Assembly: GCA_050084515.1 (NCBI GenBank)
Contig: CM114271.1
Location: forward strand, 47,864,001-47,928,000
Direction of reading: 5' to 3'
DNA length: 64,000 bases
DNA from: Blasia pusilla
Lineage: Eukaryota
Shown here: in pieces, positions 52,571 through 64,000 of the stretch
How the letters are laid out: the number at the start of each line of letters is the position of its first letter
Numbering within the stretch: position 1 is the first letter of the stretch
Notes under the pieces: generated by a model
Database searches by the model: none
Told to the model about the DNA's origin: nothing
The model's input: only the letters and a program-made list of their open reading frames with translations
Program-made: the position numbers and the translations under genes

Positions 52571-54199
52571 CCCTCTCACTCGATCACTCTCAACCTCGCG
52601 AGTAATCCCTCAATCACTCATCCCAAACATGCGGCACTCGATCTACACTCCCATTCCCTGAGACGTGTAACGTGCGGCAACAAGCGGCGTGGTGTGGTAA
52701 ATTGACCAGGCTATCATCTCATCGACAACCTACCCTCAACTCCGAACATCCCACACAGGTCTATATCCCCTAAACCACATACATAAATGATGCTCTCAAC
52801 ATCCACAGAATCCAATATCCCCAAATAAACTACCCAAATCCCAGAATCCCTCACGAGTGCAGGGTAAAGGACCAGAATGGGTAACCTCAACACATGTCGA
52901 TGTCGCTCCTCAGCAATTGCAAATCTTAACCCCAACTCAGTCGTGGAGGAAACTCCTCCAATCAGCAAGTCATACTCCTCCCACACTGACGCTGCTCAAA
53001 ACTCCTCGATAGACAATGCGGTTCCAGCGAAACGGTGCGGCGTTGCAGGCTGCACGGAACGGCTACGAACGGCACAATCCTTGATGGTGGGATGCGGCAC
53101 TCGGCGGCATATCCTCCTCAATCAAAAATAAACCCACACTCTGCTCCACAATAACGGTGGGACTCCGCGATCAAGACAGTGCGGTGCGGCCATGAGTGGC
53201 ACAGCGCGGCAATAGGCGGCGCATTGCGGCTACGGGCATCATGGCACGGTACTCGATCGTCGTTGATCGGCTACCAATCATTACATAGCATCATGAAATC
53301 AAAACTCAAACATCCTAATCAGAGGTCATCTGCCATCCCTGGTTGACGACAAAACTTCAATGACGTGGCGGCCAAAATAAAGTACGTGGTGGCGACGCAA
53401 GTCAGAGACTCAATGAACGTCGTGGAAGACCCTCCACTCCCTAATGGCGGCAATGGCAACCAAAGGGTGGACAACGGTCGAATATGGCTCTAAGCAACGT
53501 TGGGCAATAGCAACGGCCGACGGTGGCCGGTGGACGGTGGACGGTGGACCATTGACGGTGATGGTTGACCGGTGATGGTGATGACGGACCGTTGATGGTG
53601 ATTTTTGACCGTTGACCATGACCGCCGCCGGCGTGGCGGCTGGTTAAGGGTTTGAACAATTTAACCCTAAAAATCACCTAGCAATGGCAGTTTTGCAAGA
53701 TTAACCATAACTATTTACTCACAACTCCAAATTGCACACTATTTGTTGCACAACCTGCACAGCTTCACGATCTATGACGGCGTCAAAAAATATTTGGAAT
53801 TGGACATTCCAGTAAAAACAGACAGGGATTTTTGTGAAGCCCAATGTCTCTTTCTCCTACACAAAATTTGGCAGCGCTTCCGTGCTGATTTCTCCCAACC
53901 AAAATGTAAAGCCTGTAAAAATAGAAATCAGCAAGCTACATGGTGCTCCCGAGAGCACCAGTATGGAGTAACCTGCCCCCATAATCAATCCCTATCAGAA
54001 ATTGGATAGCGCTTCCGCGCGCCACTCTACCACACAAAAAATCGGAAAATGCAAAGAACAATCAAAGCAACCCTTGCTCCGGTGAGCACTCCCATGAGCC
54101 GTTGAACAGGGAACACGGTCCCCAACCTGAAAAAATAGCAAGTGACCAGTGAGCTTCCCCATGAAGCTCTTTCACTCTCTCATTCTCTCATTCTCTCTT

Positions 54200-54717
54200 T
54201 GTAAAGTAAGATCCAATCTCTCTCTACACCATCTCACACCATAGCTCTCAAAGGTGTGCACTCTCTCTCTCATGTCAAACCAAACCCACTCTCCTAATGA
54301 GAGGCTTCCGTATCACTCACAAGGCAAGGGACCATAGCTCCGCCGCCTCATGCCAAGAGGTTCAACGAATAGGGAATGAGCTCTCCAGCTCTCTCTCCTT
54401 GAGGTATATCCCTCCCCTCTCCCAAGCTCTCTCCGTGGTAACCTATTCTCCCAAGTCACCTCCTTGGCTCTTGATCTGATGTAGAAGGTCAAAGGCCACT
54501 TACCAAAAATAGAAAGTTGATCATAAACTCAAAATGGTACTTACCTAAAATAGTAAGTTTCTCAATATGGCTCCAAATGAACCGAAACGAAGTGGAAACT
54601 TGCTCTCTCAGGTTTCTCGGGGCCTCAGTAGGTCATCCTCGACCTATTGAGCTTGTCCTCCACTACTCACAAAGGTGCTCAACTAGATCTCACCGATCTA
54701 TCCTAAAAGACATGACA
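54200..54717 (-). repeat. 5' terminal repeat B1 of copy 3
   Basis: Similar to 14548-15063; inverted relative to 40994-41473 and 57717-58234. Confidence 0.9.
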
Positions 54718-54721
54718 GAGC

Positions 54722-55930
54722 AGGACTAGTGGAGATGTCGCATGGAGAGTATGGAGCTGCCACTATCATGCCCGCCAAGAAGGATGTACATGGCAACTGG
54801 ACAGATAGGCGGATGTGTGGAGATTACCGACCTATTAATCGGCACACAAAGTTCGATAGGTATGCCATGCCCATTCTTGAGGAGATCTTTGATGCTATTG
54901 GGCATGCAAAGATCTTCAGTTTGTTAGATCTTCGAGCCGGCTACAATCAGTTGCCTATCAGATTGGAGGATACGCAGAAGATGGCATTTTGGGGCATCAA
55001 TCCTCACAAGAAGGATTACTTATACCAGTGGTGGTTCTTAACATTTGGGTTAAAGAATGCCCCGGTTGAGTTTGAGAGGGTCATGGATAGGATCTTGGTA
55101 GGTCTGGATTTTGCTAGATGTTATGTTGATGACATCGTGGTCTTTAGCGCCACGATTGAGGAGCATGAGCGACATCTAGAGGAGGTGTTTTGACGATTGC
55201 AGTTACATGGGCTGAAGCTACATCCAGGCAAGTGCAAATTCTTCTACGACCAGATTGAGTACCTGGGTCATACGATATACCTAGAGGGCCTTGGTGTGCA
55301 GCAAACGAAGATAGAGGCTATTTCACGCATTCCACGCCTTACAGATGTGAGTCGAGTTCGTGCATTCATGAGATTGGCGAACTTCTATTGACGATACGTC
55401 AAGGATTTTAGCTTGATTGCAAAGCCGTTGACCTTGCTGACCAAGGTGGTTCAGAGTGGCACTAGGAGGATAAGCAAGAGAGAGCATTTCAGATGCTCAA
55501 GGACAGATTAACGTCTGCACCCATATTGAGGAGACCGAGCAGGGGGCGTCCTTTCCAATTGCATACCGACTGGAGCATGTTGGGGCTTGGAGTTGTGCTC
55601 ACCCAGCATAACAATGATGGTAGAGAGTTCGTGGTGGCTTAAGCTTGTCGCTCAAACAACGCTGCAAAGGCAAACTATAGCTTATATGAGAGTGAGTGCT
55701 TCGCTACAATATGGGCTATCGCACATTTCAGATGTTATCTATTTGGCAATCCCTCTACCAGCATTACTGATCATCAGCCACTTAAGTGGTTGATGAAGTC
55801 CAACAAGCTTATAGGGAAGCTTGCGAGGTGGGCTCTTTTGTTGTAGGAGTATGACTTCCAAGTGGTGCATAGACTTGGGATGCTCAACCATGATGGAGAT
55901 GGTTTGAGCCATAACCCATGCCCAAGTCAG
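54722..55930 (+). pseudogene. Reverse transcriptase (continued from 47130-47265) plus RNase H, copy 2
   Basis: RRMCGDYRPIN...LLDLRAGYNQL...FGLKNAP...CYVDDIVVFS; RNase H region with stops. Confidence 0.93.
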
Positions 55931-56149
55931 CGAGATTCGACTGGATGCATGGTGAGAGTGATGAGGAGTTGGTGCCAGGATGGCATGCGTCAGCCTATTT
56001 GGGCTTGTTGGCTATGGAGAGCCAGATTGCAGAGACTTTGATGGCGAGGTCTGATGGAGAGTCCTTAGATCCTGAGTCCAGTGAAGAGACGACACATGGC
56101 GAGACTTTCTAACGATGGAGTGGTCTTGGAGTACCTACGTATTGGCAAC

Positions 56150-57270
56150 GTCATAAGCACAGTGGGTGCTAGAGAGCGGGATCAGTTTTGATGGGAGGGC
56201 ATACATGTGTTGCAAGTATGAAAGGATGGTAGAGTGCGTGTAGTGCCTCATCCTTTTCCGAGAGCACGTTTGGTGCATCATGCCCACGAGGATTTGGGTC
56301 ATTTTGGAGTGAAATGGACGTACAGCTTGCTCCAGATTCAGTATTGGTGGCGGGGCATGCAGACTGACGTTTAGAAGTTTGTTGCCAGATGCATGGTGTG
56401 TGATCGAGTCAGAGCATCGTTCAATGCTCTCACTCCACATTTGCATCCACTTCCGATCATGGGTTTAGGTTATAGATGGAGTTTGGATTTTGTAGGACCT
56501 TTGCCTTTGACGGAGCACCATAGTTGTTATGTGTTGGTGATGGTCGAGCACTTCTCCGAGTGGATAGAGTTGGTTGCATTTCCTGACAAAGCAAGTGAGG
56601 GAGTAGCGTATGCCTTCCTAGATCAAGTGCTGAGTCATTACGGCGCACCAACTGAGGTGTTGACAGACCAAGGTAAAGTTTGGCGGGGAGTTTCAGGCCT
56701 TCTTTGATTAGGCACTCATCGACCATCGCACTACTTTGCGAGATTATCCTGAGGCAGATGGACTAGCGGAGCAGGTTGTCCAGACAGTGAAGAGAGGACT
56801 ACGCAAGTATGGCTTGCAGAGAGGTCACCCAGGAGATTGGGACCTTCAGTTGCCGTATTTGGCGATGGGACTCAGATTCAACAGGCAAGCATCCTTAGCG
56901 TCTTTCTCACCGTACTTGTTGCTTTATGGATGAGAGCCAGATTTACCTACGTCCATTCATCGAGATGTTGGTGAGTTGTTGAACCTTGATGACCCTGATG
57001 TACGGATGCGAGCATGTTCTCAGAGGGTTGAGTTGTTTTGGAGAGTGATGCCCATGGCGTTTGAGAACTTGGCAATTGCGCAACATTGGGATATGTTGAG
57101 GTATCTGACTATTCGGGGAGGTGGTTATCGACCTACTATCCGGAGGTTTCATTAGCAAGACTATGTCTACTTGCAATGGTATGGTTTGGAAGGACCATGT
57201 GCGTAAGTGTGCACCATGTCATCTTCCAAATATTCACGATACAATTGATCCAAGCTTAGCAGTAGTTCTT
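56150..57270 (+). pseudogene. DDE integrase, copy 2
   Basis: HHAHEDLGHFG...WW..M...RCMVCDRVRAS (HHCC zinc finger); WSLDFVGPLP; EVLTDQG; PEADGLAEQVVQTVK; FSPYLLLYG. Confidence 0.9.
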
Positions 57271-57279
57271 GCAGGCTTG

Positions 57280-57420
57280 CGATGTATGTTGTATGGTTAT
57301 GCCCGTGGTGCAACCACTATGCTAGTCTGTGATGGATGTTCGGGAGAATGGCATATGGCATGCTTGACGCCACCTCTCACTAGGGTTCCTTAGGGACAAT
57401 GGATGTGTCCTAGATATACA
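57280..57420 (+). pseudogene. PHD finger at integrase C-terminus, copy 2
   Basis: RCMLYGYARGATTMLVCDGCSGEWHMACLTPPLTRVP*GQWMCPRY. Confidence 0.85.
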
Positions 57421-57593
57421 TAGAGTAGGTAGTTCTATATTTTGACTTGTATCTATGATATGGATGACAAGAAGGCAACTAACGATGGGGCCACATGAGC
57501 ATCCAACCTTCTTACTCTTAGCGTCTGAAAGATGTATGTCATGGTAGGTAGGGATAGATGGCTATCTGGAGTTAGAGGGACCTAACCACGAGC

Positions 57594-57603
57594 TAGGGGG
57601 GCG
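57594..57603 (+). promoter_or_regulatory. Polypurine tract of copy 2
   Basis: TAGGGGGGCG immediately before A1. Confidence 0.75.
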
Positions 57604-58362
57604 ATTGGAGATATTTTGGTACTTCTTCTCTCGTTGTTTGGATGCCATGAGTTAGCATGGGATCGTGCGTGTTTGTGTATGTGTTCGATGACAGCGATGT
57701 GTATGCGCACGACAGCTATCACGTCTTTTAGGATAGATCGGTGAGATCTAATAGAGCGCCTTTGGGAGTAGTGGAGGACAGACTCAAGAGGTTAAGGATG
57801 ATGTGCTGAGGCCCCGGAAAACTTGAGAGAGCAAGTGTCCCCTTCGTTTCAACTCATTTGGAGCCATATTGAAAAACTTACTTTTTTAGGTAAATATCAT
57901 TTTGAGTATATGGTCAACTTTCTATTTTTGGTAAGTGGCCCTTGACCTCCTACATGAGGTCAAGAGCCAAGGAGGTGACTTGGGAGCATGGGTTATCATG
58001 GAGAGAGCTTGGGAGATGGGAGGGGTATACCTCAAGGAGAGAGAGCTTGAGAGCTCATTCTCTCTTTGTTGAACCTCTTGGCATGAGGCGGCGGAGCTAT
58101 GGTCTTGCTTGCCTTGTGTGTGTAACCCAAGCCTCTCAATAGGAGAGTGGGTTTGGTTTGACATTGACAGAGACATGTGAGAGTGCACACATGTGAGAAC
58201 TATGGTGTTGTGAGAGAGATTGGATCATATTTTAATTGAAGATATTTTGGTACTTCTTGTCTCGTTGTTTGGATGCCATGAGTTAGCATGGGATCGTGTG
58301 TGTTTGTATGTGTGTTTGGTGACAATGATGTATGTTGTGTAGCGATGTGTATGCGCACGACA
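57604..58362 (+). repeat. 3' terminal repeat block A1(57604-57714)-GC-B2(57717-58234)-A2(58235-58362) of copy 2
   Basis: A repeated on both sides of B; same arrangement as 3503-4278 in copy 1. Confidence 0.92.
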
Positions 58363-58582
58363 AATATGCAAAATGACAAAGTACTTTACTCTCGATGTGA
58401 TGTCCCGACAGTGTAGGAATCTTGACAAACCGTTCACCTTCTTGTGGCCTTCCTCAGTAGTCTTCTTAATGTATGCATCCCACATGCAATCTTTTGAGAA
58501 TTCTATGCCCAGATAGGTGTATGTGGGTACACAGGGGATCTTTTTTTTGCCCGAGAACCACTGTTGGTCTTGGTCCTCCTCC
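58363..58582 (-). mobile_element. LINE copy 2, 5' (RT-proximal) part
   Basis: EEDQDQQWFSGKKKIPCVPTYTYLGIEFSKDCMWDAYIKK matches LINE copy 1; followed by AGAGAGAGT (58584-58592), matching 39992-40000 (possible TSD). Confidence 0.88.
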
Positions 58583-60459
58583 AAGAGAGAGTGTGACCCC
58601 ATCTAAATAGTTGGGGCACACTGGCTATGCTCCCAGCTTCTGCTCCCGCCTTGTGAATCACTTTCGACTTTCAATTTCTATTTTGAAATTCCCTAAAGCA
58701 CCAGCACGGTTGAGAGATCATGTACATGGATCCCCGAAGACTTATGAGTTTGAGTGGTCACGTTTGAGGTCAGAATCGGACGCTGCTGCAATGCATTTCG
58801 AGGTTTTTCTGTAGATGCCGAGGATACCTCCGCGCCGGCGCCATTTTTTATTTCCTCTAATTTTGGATCACGGCTGCACCTTGAGAATATCTGTAAAAAA
58901 TATTGGATAGATGCACTTGTTTAGCCAACACACGGAAAGTGCAAGGCGACTAAACATATTGGTTTTGGGATCTATGAAGAACATGCGTGGATGGGTATAC
59001 ATTGCTTGAGAGCTATGAGAGATCGCGAAGACAATCTTTGATTGTTTCGGCGAGCTGGTTGCAATTTTTCAGGGTTCTCTTGCATACATATAGGAATCTA
59101 TGGATAAAGCGCTAGTTCACAATTGCTTAGAGGTCCTACAAGCCACCGTAGAGCATTGTTTACCACCAAGAGAAGCAAGGGAAAGTAGATTGGAAGCTTA
59201 AGTTAGATGGACACTTTGGTGTTCTCAGGATTTGTATAATCATTGGTGAGTGCCTTGTATATGTACTAAATTATTCCAAGGATCCGACATGTCCATCTCT
59301 AATCATAACGACTCTTTGAACTTGTTCTTAGCTCATCCAAAGGACATGGGCGTATGTTATTTTGCATGTGTGTGCCTTGGCATTGAATCAATCGAATATG
59401 CCACCAAGTTTTAAGCTTGTGAGCTTTGGCCTCTCCATTAGGTAGATTTCTCTCAATCCTCACCCTATGGAGAAAATTCCAAGAGAGAGATGGAATCGTC
59501 ATTTTTTTATGTAACATAAGGCTCTGACATAGGCATGGTGTCTCCAGATTCTCAATTACTCGCTCCGGAAGTTGTATGTTGTGAGTGTAATAAGTAGATT
59601 AAGAGAAAATGAGCGCCGCACATGAGACAACCTCATAATGCACTTTGTGTTATCATAAGGTAGCCATGCTATGGTCTAGGTTGCGTTCCCCTCTATATGA
59701 TGATTCAGATCTCGTAGGTGCTAGTGTGGGGTGTAGATCCGACACGTTTCTTTTGATGTTGAATGTACGAGTCGGAGTTGGGTTTCATCCAACAAATGGC
59801 ATGCAATACTCAATGCAAACGGTGTTGTCATTGACTGATCCCACTTCTCAACAATTTCTGGATGTAGTGCCGGATGAATCGTTATATTAGCAAGATTAAA
59901 AGTTCACCTCATCATCATCATAGAGAGAAGGAGAGCTTACTACTTATCCGATACAAAAAATAGATATGCAAAAATCTCTACCCATTCATTTCTCCAACCC
60001 TTGAGGGGTGGAGATGAACTAAGAGTCGTAAGAAGTTGGAGGTGTGGTTTGAGCGGACATTGGAGCCGTGGCAACAACGCTGCTCAAGGTGATTTCTTTA
60101 ACCTGGTAGGATTGAAATGTGCTTTCTTGGATCACATGGTGTTGTTGGATCTCTTTGATTGCAAACCCTTCAAGATCTTTGATTGGGGGCTGGTATTCTG
60201 GCAGGAGAGAGTAAGAGAGGAGAGTCTCTCTTAAAAAAAAGGGGCCAAATCTTTAAACTGTCTTCAAAACTTTCTTCAATTTTTGAGATTTCTCCCCTAC
60301 TTAAAATGCAAGAAAATTTTATAAGTGGGCAAAATTTTAAAAATTTTCCCTCTCGATTTTCGGAACTGCAGGAAGTGACTATAGTGTCACTACCAATGGA
60401 GGCTCTGGAGCTAGAGATGTTTGCTTTGGAGGCGAGTTGTATAGTCCCACCAACCTCTC

Positions 60460-60650
60460 GTAATCCGCCTTTGCCTCTTTGCAAAGGTTGAAAATTTCAG
60501 GCCTTCCCTCAAGGTAGAGAAAGTTCCATCCACTGTGCTAGGCGCCTCTCTTACTTGCCCCCTTGATAAGCCCACCAAGTCAAAGACCAAATCACCCGGC
60601 ATCCAGCAGAGCTCCATGAGTGTTCGCATCAAGGCAGGTGACTTCTCCCT
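60460..60650 (-). pseudogene. Possible remnant of a beta-class N4-cytosine/N6-adenine DNA methyltransferase (SAM-binding C-terminal part)
   Basis: GREKSPALMRTLMELCWMPGDLVFDL then, after a frameshift, GA*HSGWNFLYLEGRPEIFNLCKE; resembles the KP..L...LI...S.PGDLVLDPF.G.G...AA...GR.FIG.E....Y pattern. Catalytic DPPY/SPPY not found. Confidence 0.4.
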
Positions 60651-60887
60651 TCCTCCAAGTAAGGGGGTCCCTTCTTGAATGAAAATTCGGGGGGAATTGT
60701 AAAGACTATCTAAGGTGTATCCATCGGAGCATGGATCCACTGGATCTGGGATCAAGCTGATATCATTTTGCACCTGCTTGTTCCGAGATGGACCACTCAT
60801 TTGTCTACTGCTTTTTGAGGCCCGAGCACAACTTCCCAAAAAAATGGTAGTAGACCAATGGTTTGCTCTCCAGATAGTGACACAATC

Positions 60888-61322
60888 TGCAACCCGTAGG
60901 AACCCAACGAGTTGCTTATTTGGCTAGACAGAAGAGCAAACTTTTGGAGTCCGACATGTTGCTTTACAACTCAACAAGGAACCTTTTCTAATTAGCAATC
61001 TGTCAAAACCGATGGGTTGCTCTCCAGATAGTGGCAAAATCTGCAACCCGACGGGTTGCTCATTTGGCTAGACAGAAGAGCAACATGTCAGAGTCCGACG
61101 GGTTGCTAATCAACAAAGGAACAATTGTACTTGCAACCCATTGGGTTGCAATCACTGGAGTCATAAAATTCTAATTACAACTCGTCGCGTTCCAACGGGT
61201 TGCAATCATTGGAGAGAGATAAATGGATTTGAAACCTGTCAGATTCTGACGGGTTGCAAATCCACTTATCTATCAATCTATATCCCTAGACATCCAACCC
61301 GTTTGATTCTGACGGGTTGTAT
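60888..61322. repeat. Cluster of degenerate ~29-bp palindromes (TGCAACCCGTCGGA-N-TCCGACGGGTTGCA), left cluster
   Basis: Full or partial copies at ~60888, 60949, 61005, 61042, 61088, 61132, 61176, 61232, 61295; partly inside a local duplication of ~120 bp. Confidence 0.8.
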
Positions 61323-61817
61323 GTCTGAACCATCTCAATTCATTCTTCAAGTCAAGTTGGAAGCTTATCCGCACTTGATTTGTAGCGGATCTGAGTGGGT
61401 ACTCATTTTTTATGACCCGCGATTGCGCCGTCCTCCACTTGAGCAACCTCTTCAAGCATTGAAGGTTGAAAAATCATCTTTGATCCCTCCAGTCAGCACC
61501 AAGAAACACCCTCTGTCACTAAGATAAGCGTCCGCAAAAGAAAACAAAAGAGCGATCTATTCGTTGGAAACTGGAACATGCCGATCTTAGACAGTGTCAG
61601 ACGGATTGTTGTCCCACAAACGAAATCCAGTGGGAAAATCTGAATGAGGAGGTCCACTGCCACCTCTCAGCAACCCCATGGACCGTCCATGGGATATGCC
61701 CGTTTCGGAGAAGTTTACGCCCTAGCATGGTCAACTTCTCGATGGCAGATAATGACTCTTGAGTACTAAAACTTTGCAATTCATCGATAAGATGACTCTG
61801 GTGTAGAAGGATAGTTA

Positions 61818-63376
61818 TCATGTCGTGGTTTCCCTATGCTTGCCCAAAGATGATGGATTGTATTCCACATCCTTATCTCCTCCCTTGGACGATCCTAGCG
61901 CCTTCCGCTTTTGCTTCTCCCGAGTTTGCTGTCGGCTTGTTGGAGTCTCGGTTACCTCAGATTCCACATGCATTTTCTTTGACGAGGACCTCGTCCGGCC
62001 CTCTCGCCTCTCTCGCCTTGAAGACTCAGCCTCTTTTCTTGAAGACTCAACCTCGGAATTCCTAGACCCTTTTGCCTTTGCTTTCAAACTCTCTGTGGAT
62101 TTGTCCTTGGCGGTGACTACCTTGGACATCAACTCAGCTATCTCCATGGCTTGTTCTTCCGCATCTCCTTCCAAAAAAATTTCAGTCTTCATGAAGTTTG
62201 GAATGTTGTCCTTGCCAACGACGACGGCGTCATACACCATGCTTAGGTTCTTGTTTGTCATCTCCTCCAGCTTGTTGAAGTCCAACCAGATTAGACAATT
62301 CAATACCTTCCACTCGGACATGTTTTGTCCCATCTCCATGTCGTACATGGAGAATCCCTCTCCATCAAGAGGAGAAGCCCATAATTTGTAGGTTGCCGGT
62401 AATTTTCGCAAGTTACTTGCATTCACAGAATAGATGAGGTACCTGTACACCATTCGCTAGGCAGCTCTTTGTCGAGATGACTCAGCCGCGTGGTTCTGAC
62501 GATCCCACTTCTTCTTTGCGAAATATTATTTTCGCACGTCTATTTCCTCGTCCAGATCTGCCTGAGGAAGGATGTGATTCTTGAACATCGTCCTGAAGCC
62601 AGGGTTTTTCGTCGGCTTATCCCTAATATCATCAGGCCACAGTTCAAAATCTTTTGCAGCCTCTAGGTTGGCCTCCTTTGGAACTAGCTCAATATTTTTG
62701 AGCTCCACTTCTAGACCCACCATCATCAACTTCCCAAGAAGTTATAGCGCATCCTAGAAGGACCATTCCGTAGCCAATATGAGATCACTGGGTCTGATAC
62801 GCCCAAAGGGTGGTGTGCCGCCCGCTTCTTCGCCTTGGTGCCTTCAAGATTGATTTTCATGAGTCGAATCCGCCTAAACTCTGATATCCTGTGCACGCAA
62901 TCCAAAGAGACCTTCTCTCCAATTCGACCCTGTGGGTCTTTGTCCCTCTTCTGCTAGCGCTCGATTATTGCCTTCAACTCCTTGTAGAACTCCGGGCCAA
63001 GTTCGGGGTTGAGGATTTCAATGTACCGCTCTATCTTTCTTGCAGTGTACTTTGTAGCTACAGACACGGCAGCCTGAATGAATTTGGCCCGTTCCAAGGA
63101 CGAGACATTTTCCCTTCGTTCCAGTTCCAATGTGGCGCTCTTCTTGGCTGCATGGATCTTGGACCATCATAGAATCGTGACCGCTGCATCTTGGGAGATG
63201 AAAGTAATTTCCCAAGTCTTCTTCTTTATTTCAGCGCCCTTCGCCAGCATCTCATCGACCAGGTCCTCACCGAGGAATCCCTTGTACTCTGATGGGGATA
63301 GCGTAAGCACCTTCTTGACTCTGTTGAATTCCAAGATCCAGTGGTGGGTGACGTTCCCCTTGGATACAATCCTCAA
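61818..63376 (-). pseudogene. Fragmented, apparently intronless ORF of an unclassified transposon-like element
   Basis: Consecutive coding-like minus-strand ORF pieces (63376-63167, 62729-62526, 62453-61818, K/E/S-rich tail) between the two palindrome clusters; no family recognised. Confidence 0.45.
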
Positions 63377-63460
63377 AATGCAGAGACAAGGTTAGAATAA
63401 TGATCCCTTGCAACCCTTCAATTTCCGTCTGGTTGCACCGGAGTTTTCATTGCATAGTGA

Positions 63461-63962
63461 GTGCAACCTGTTAGACTCCGATGGGTTGCACCACTCTCGA
63501 CAGATTGCAAGGAAGTGCAATCCGTTGGACTCCAAGTGGTTGCAAAAATTTCTTCGAGTTGCAATCTCTTGGAGGCCCAATGTAGTTTCTGCAACAAGTC
63601 GGACTCTCGGTCGGACTCTGACGGGTTGCATCACTGTCCGCAGATGGAAACGGTTTGCAACCCGTCAGGGCCCGATGGGTAGCACATTAATGTCCATCGG
63701 CATGAGGTGACACAACCCGTCAGAGTCCAACGGATTGCAGGAAGTCCCCAGAAGCATAGTTCAATCCAAATTTTGACCCAAAAGAAATTTGGTTGCAACC
63801 CGTTGAACTCCAATGGTTTGCAAAATGACTTCCATTCAAAGTGAAGTTTCTAGATGAAACGTGTGTTCAGCAACCCGTCGGAGTCCGACGGGTTGCAAAA
63901 TGGTCTTGTATAGATGTCATCGAAGGCCTAAAATCAACCCATCCGGCTCGGACGAGTTGCAA
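63461..63962. repeat. Cluster of degenerate ~29-bp palindromes, right cluster
   Basis: Copies at ~63461, 63516, 63590, 63656, 63713, 63794, 63870 (perfect GCAACCCGTCGGA-G-TCCGACGGGTTGC), 63934, separated by non-repeating spacers. Confidence 0.85.
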
Positions 63963-64000
63963 AAGGCCAAATAATCAACAAGTAGGAGGAACTTTTGGGG

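Larger units (their letters stand above)
47266..54717 (-). mobile_element. Ty3/Gypsy retrotransposon, same family, copy 3, nested inversely in the RT of copy 2; integrase region missing
   Basis: B1(54717-54200)-PBS(54202-54187)-gag-PR-DNMT(part)-RT-RH-A(47393-47266). Ends TGT..ACA; TSD GAGT (47262-47265) / GAGC (54718-54721); host RT frame (QDLVGA|GLVEMSHGEY) rejoins across it. Confidence 0.92.
40994..58362 (+). mobile_element. Ty3/Gypsy retrotransposon, DNMT3- and PHD-bearing family, copy 2 (full domain set, degenerate, RT interrupted by copy 3)
   Basis: B1(40994-41473)-PBS-gag-PR-DNMT-RT/[copy 3]/RT-RH-IN-PHD-PPT-A1-B2-A2. Starts TGT, ends CGACA; flanks GGTA (40990-40993) / AATA (58363-58366). 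The target is reconstructable from LINE copy 1 (atggtatgcaaaatgac). Confidence 0.92.

Noticed and set aside
58740-58860. XPG/PIN-like nuclease hint (minus strand ...CIAAASDSDL...VFG)
   Set aside because: One short motif that needs several frameshifts; not supportable
63461-63962. CRISPR-like array of palindromic repeats with spacers
   Set aside because: Repeats are degenerate, spacing is irregular, there are no cas genes and the context is eukaryotic

Overview
Eukaryotic, intron-rich plant DNA, probably from a non-flowering land plant (inference). It holds three host genes: the 5' part of an unidentified acidic protein gene at the left edge, and a divergent pair, HUB1/BRE1-like H2B ubiquitin ligase (minus) and AAR3-like DCN1-family gene (plus). 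The rest is mostly decayed transposons. The main signal is three degenerate copies (3503-15063 minus; 40994-58362 plus; 47266-54717 minus, nested in the second) of one unusual Ty3/Gypsy family. Its polyprotein order is Gag-protease-[complete DNMT3-type cytosine-5 methyltransferase]-RT-RNaseH-integrase-[PHD finger]. It has a self-complementary (non-tRNA) primer-binding site. Instead of two identical LTRs it has split/permuted terminal repeats, B...PPT-A-B-A, with degenerate 4-bp TSDs. This layout is best explained by integration of a two-LTR circle through an att site inside the LTR. Also present are two LINE copies flanking one (AG)11 tract, Helitron remnants, and at the right end an unclassified element with arrays of a ~29-bp palindrome and a possible beta-class amino-methyltransferase remnant. 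All protein calls are by-eye motif recognition, and domain boundaries are approximate.
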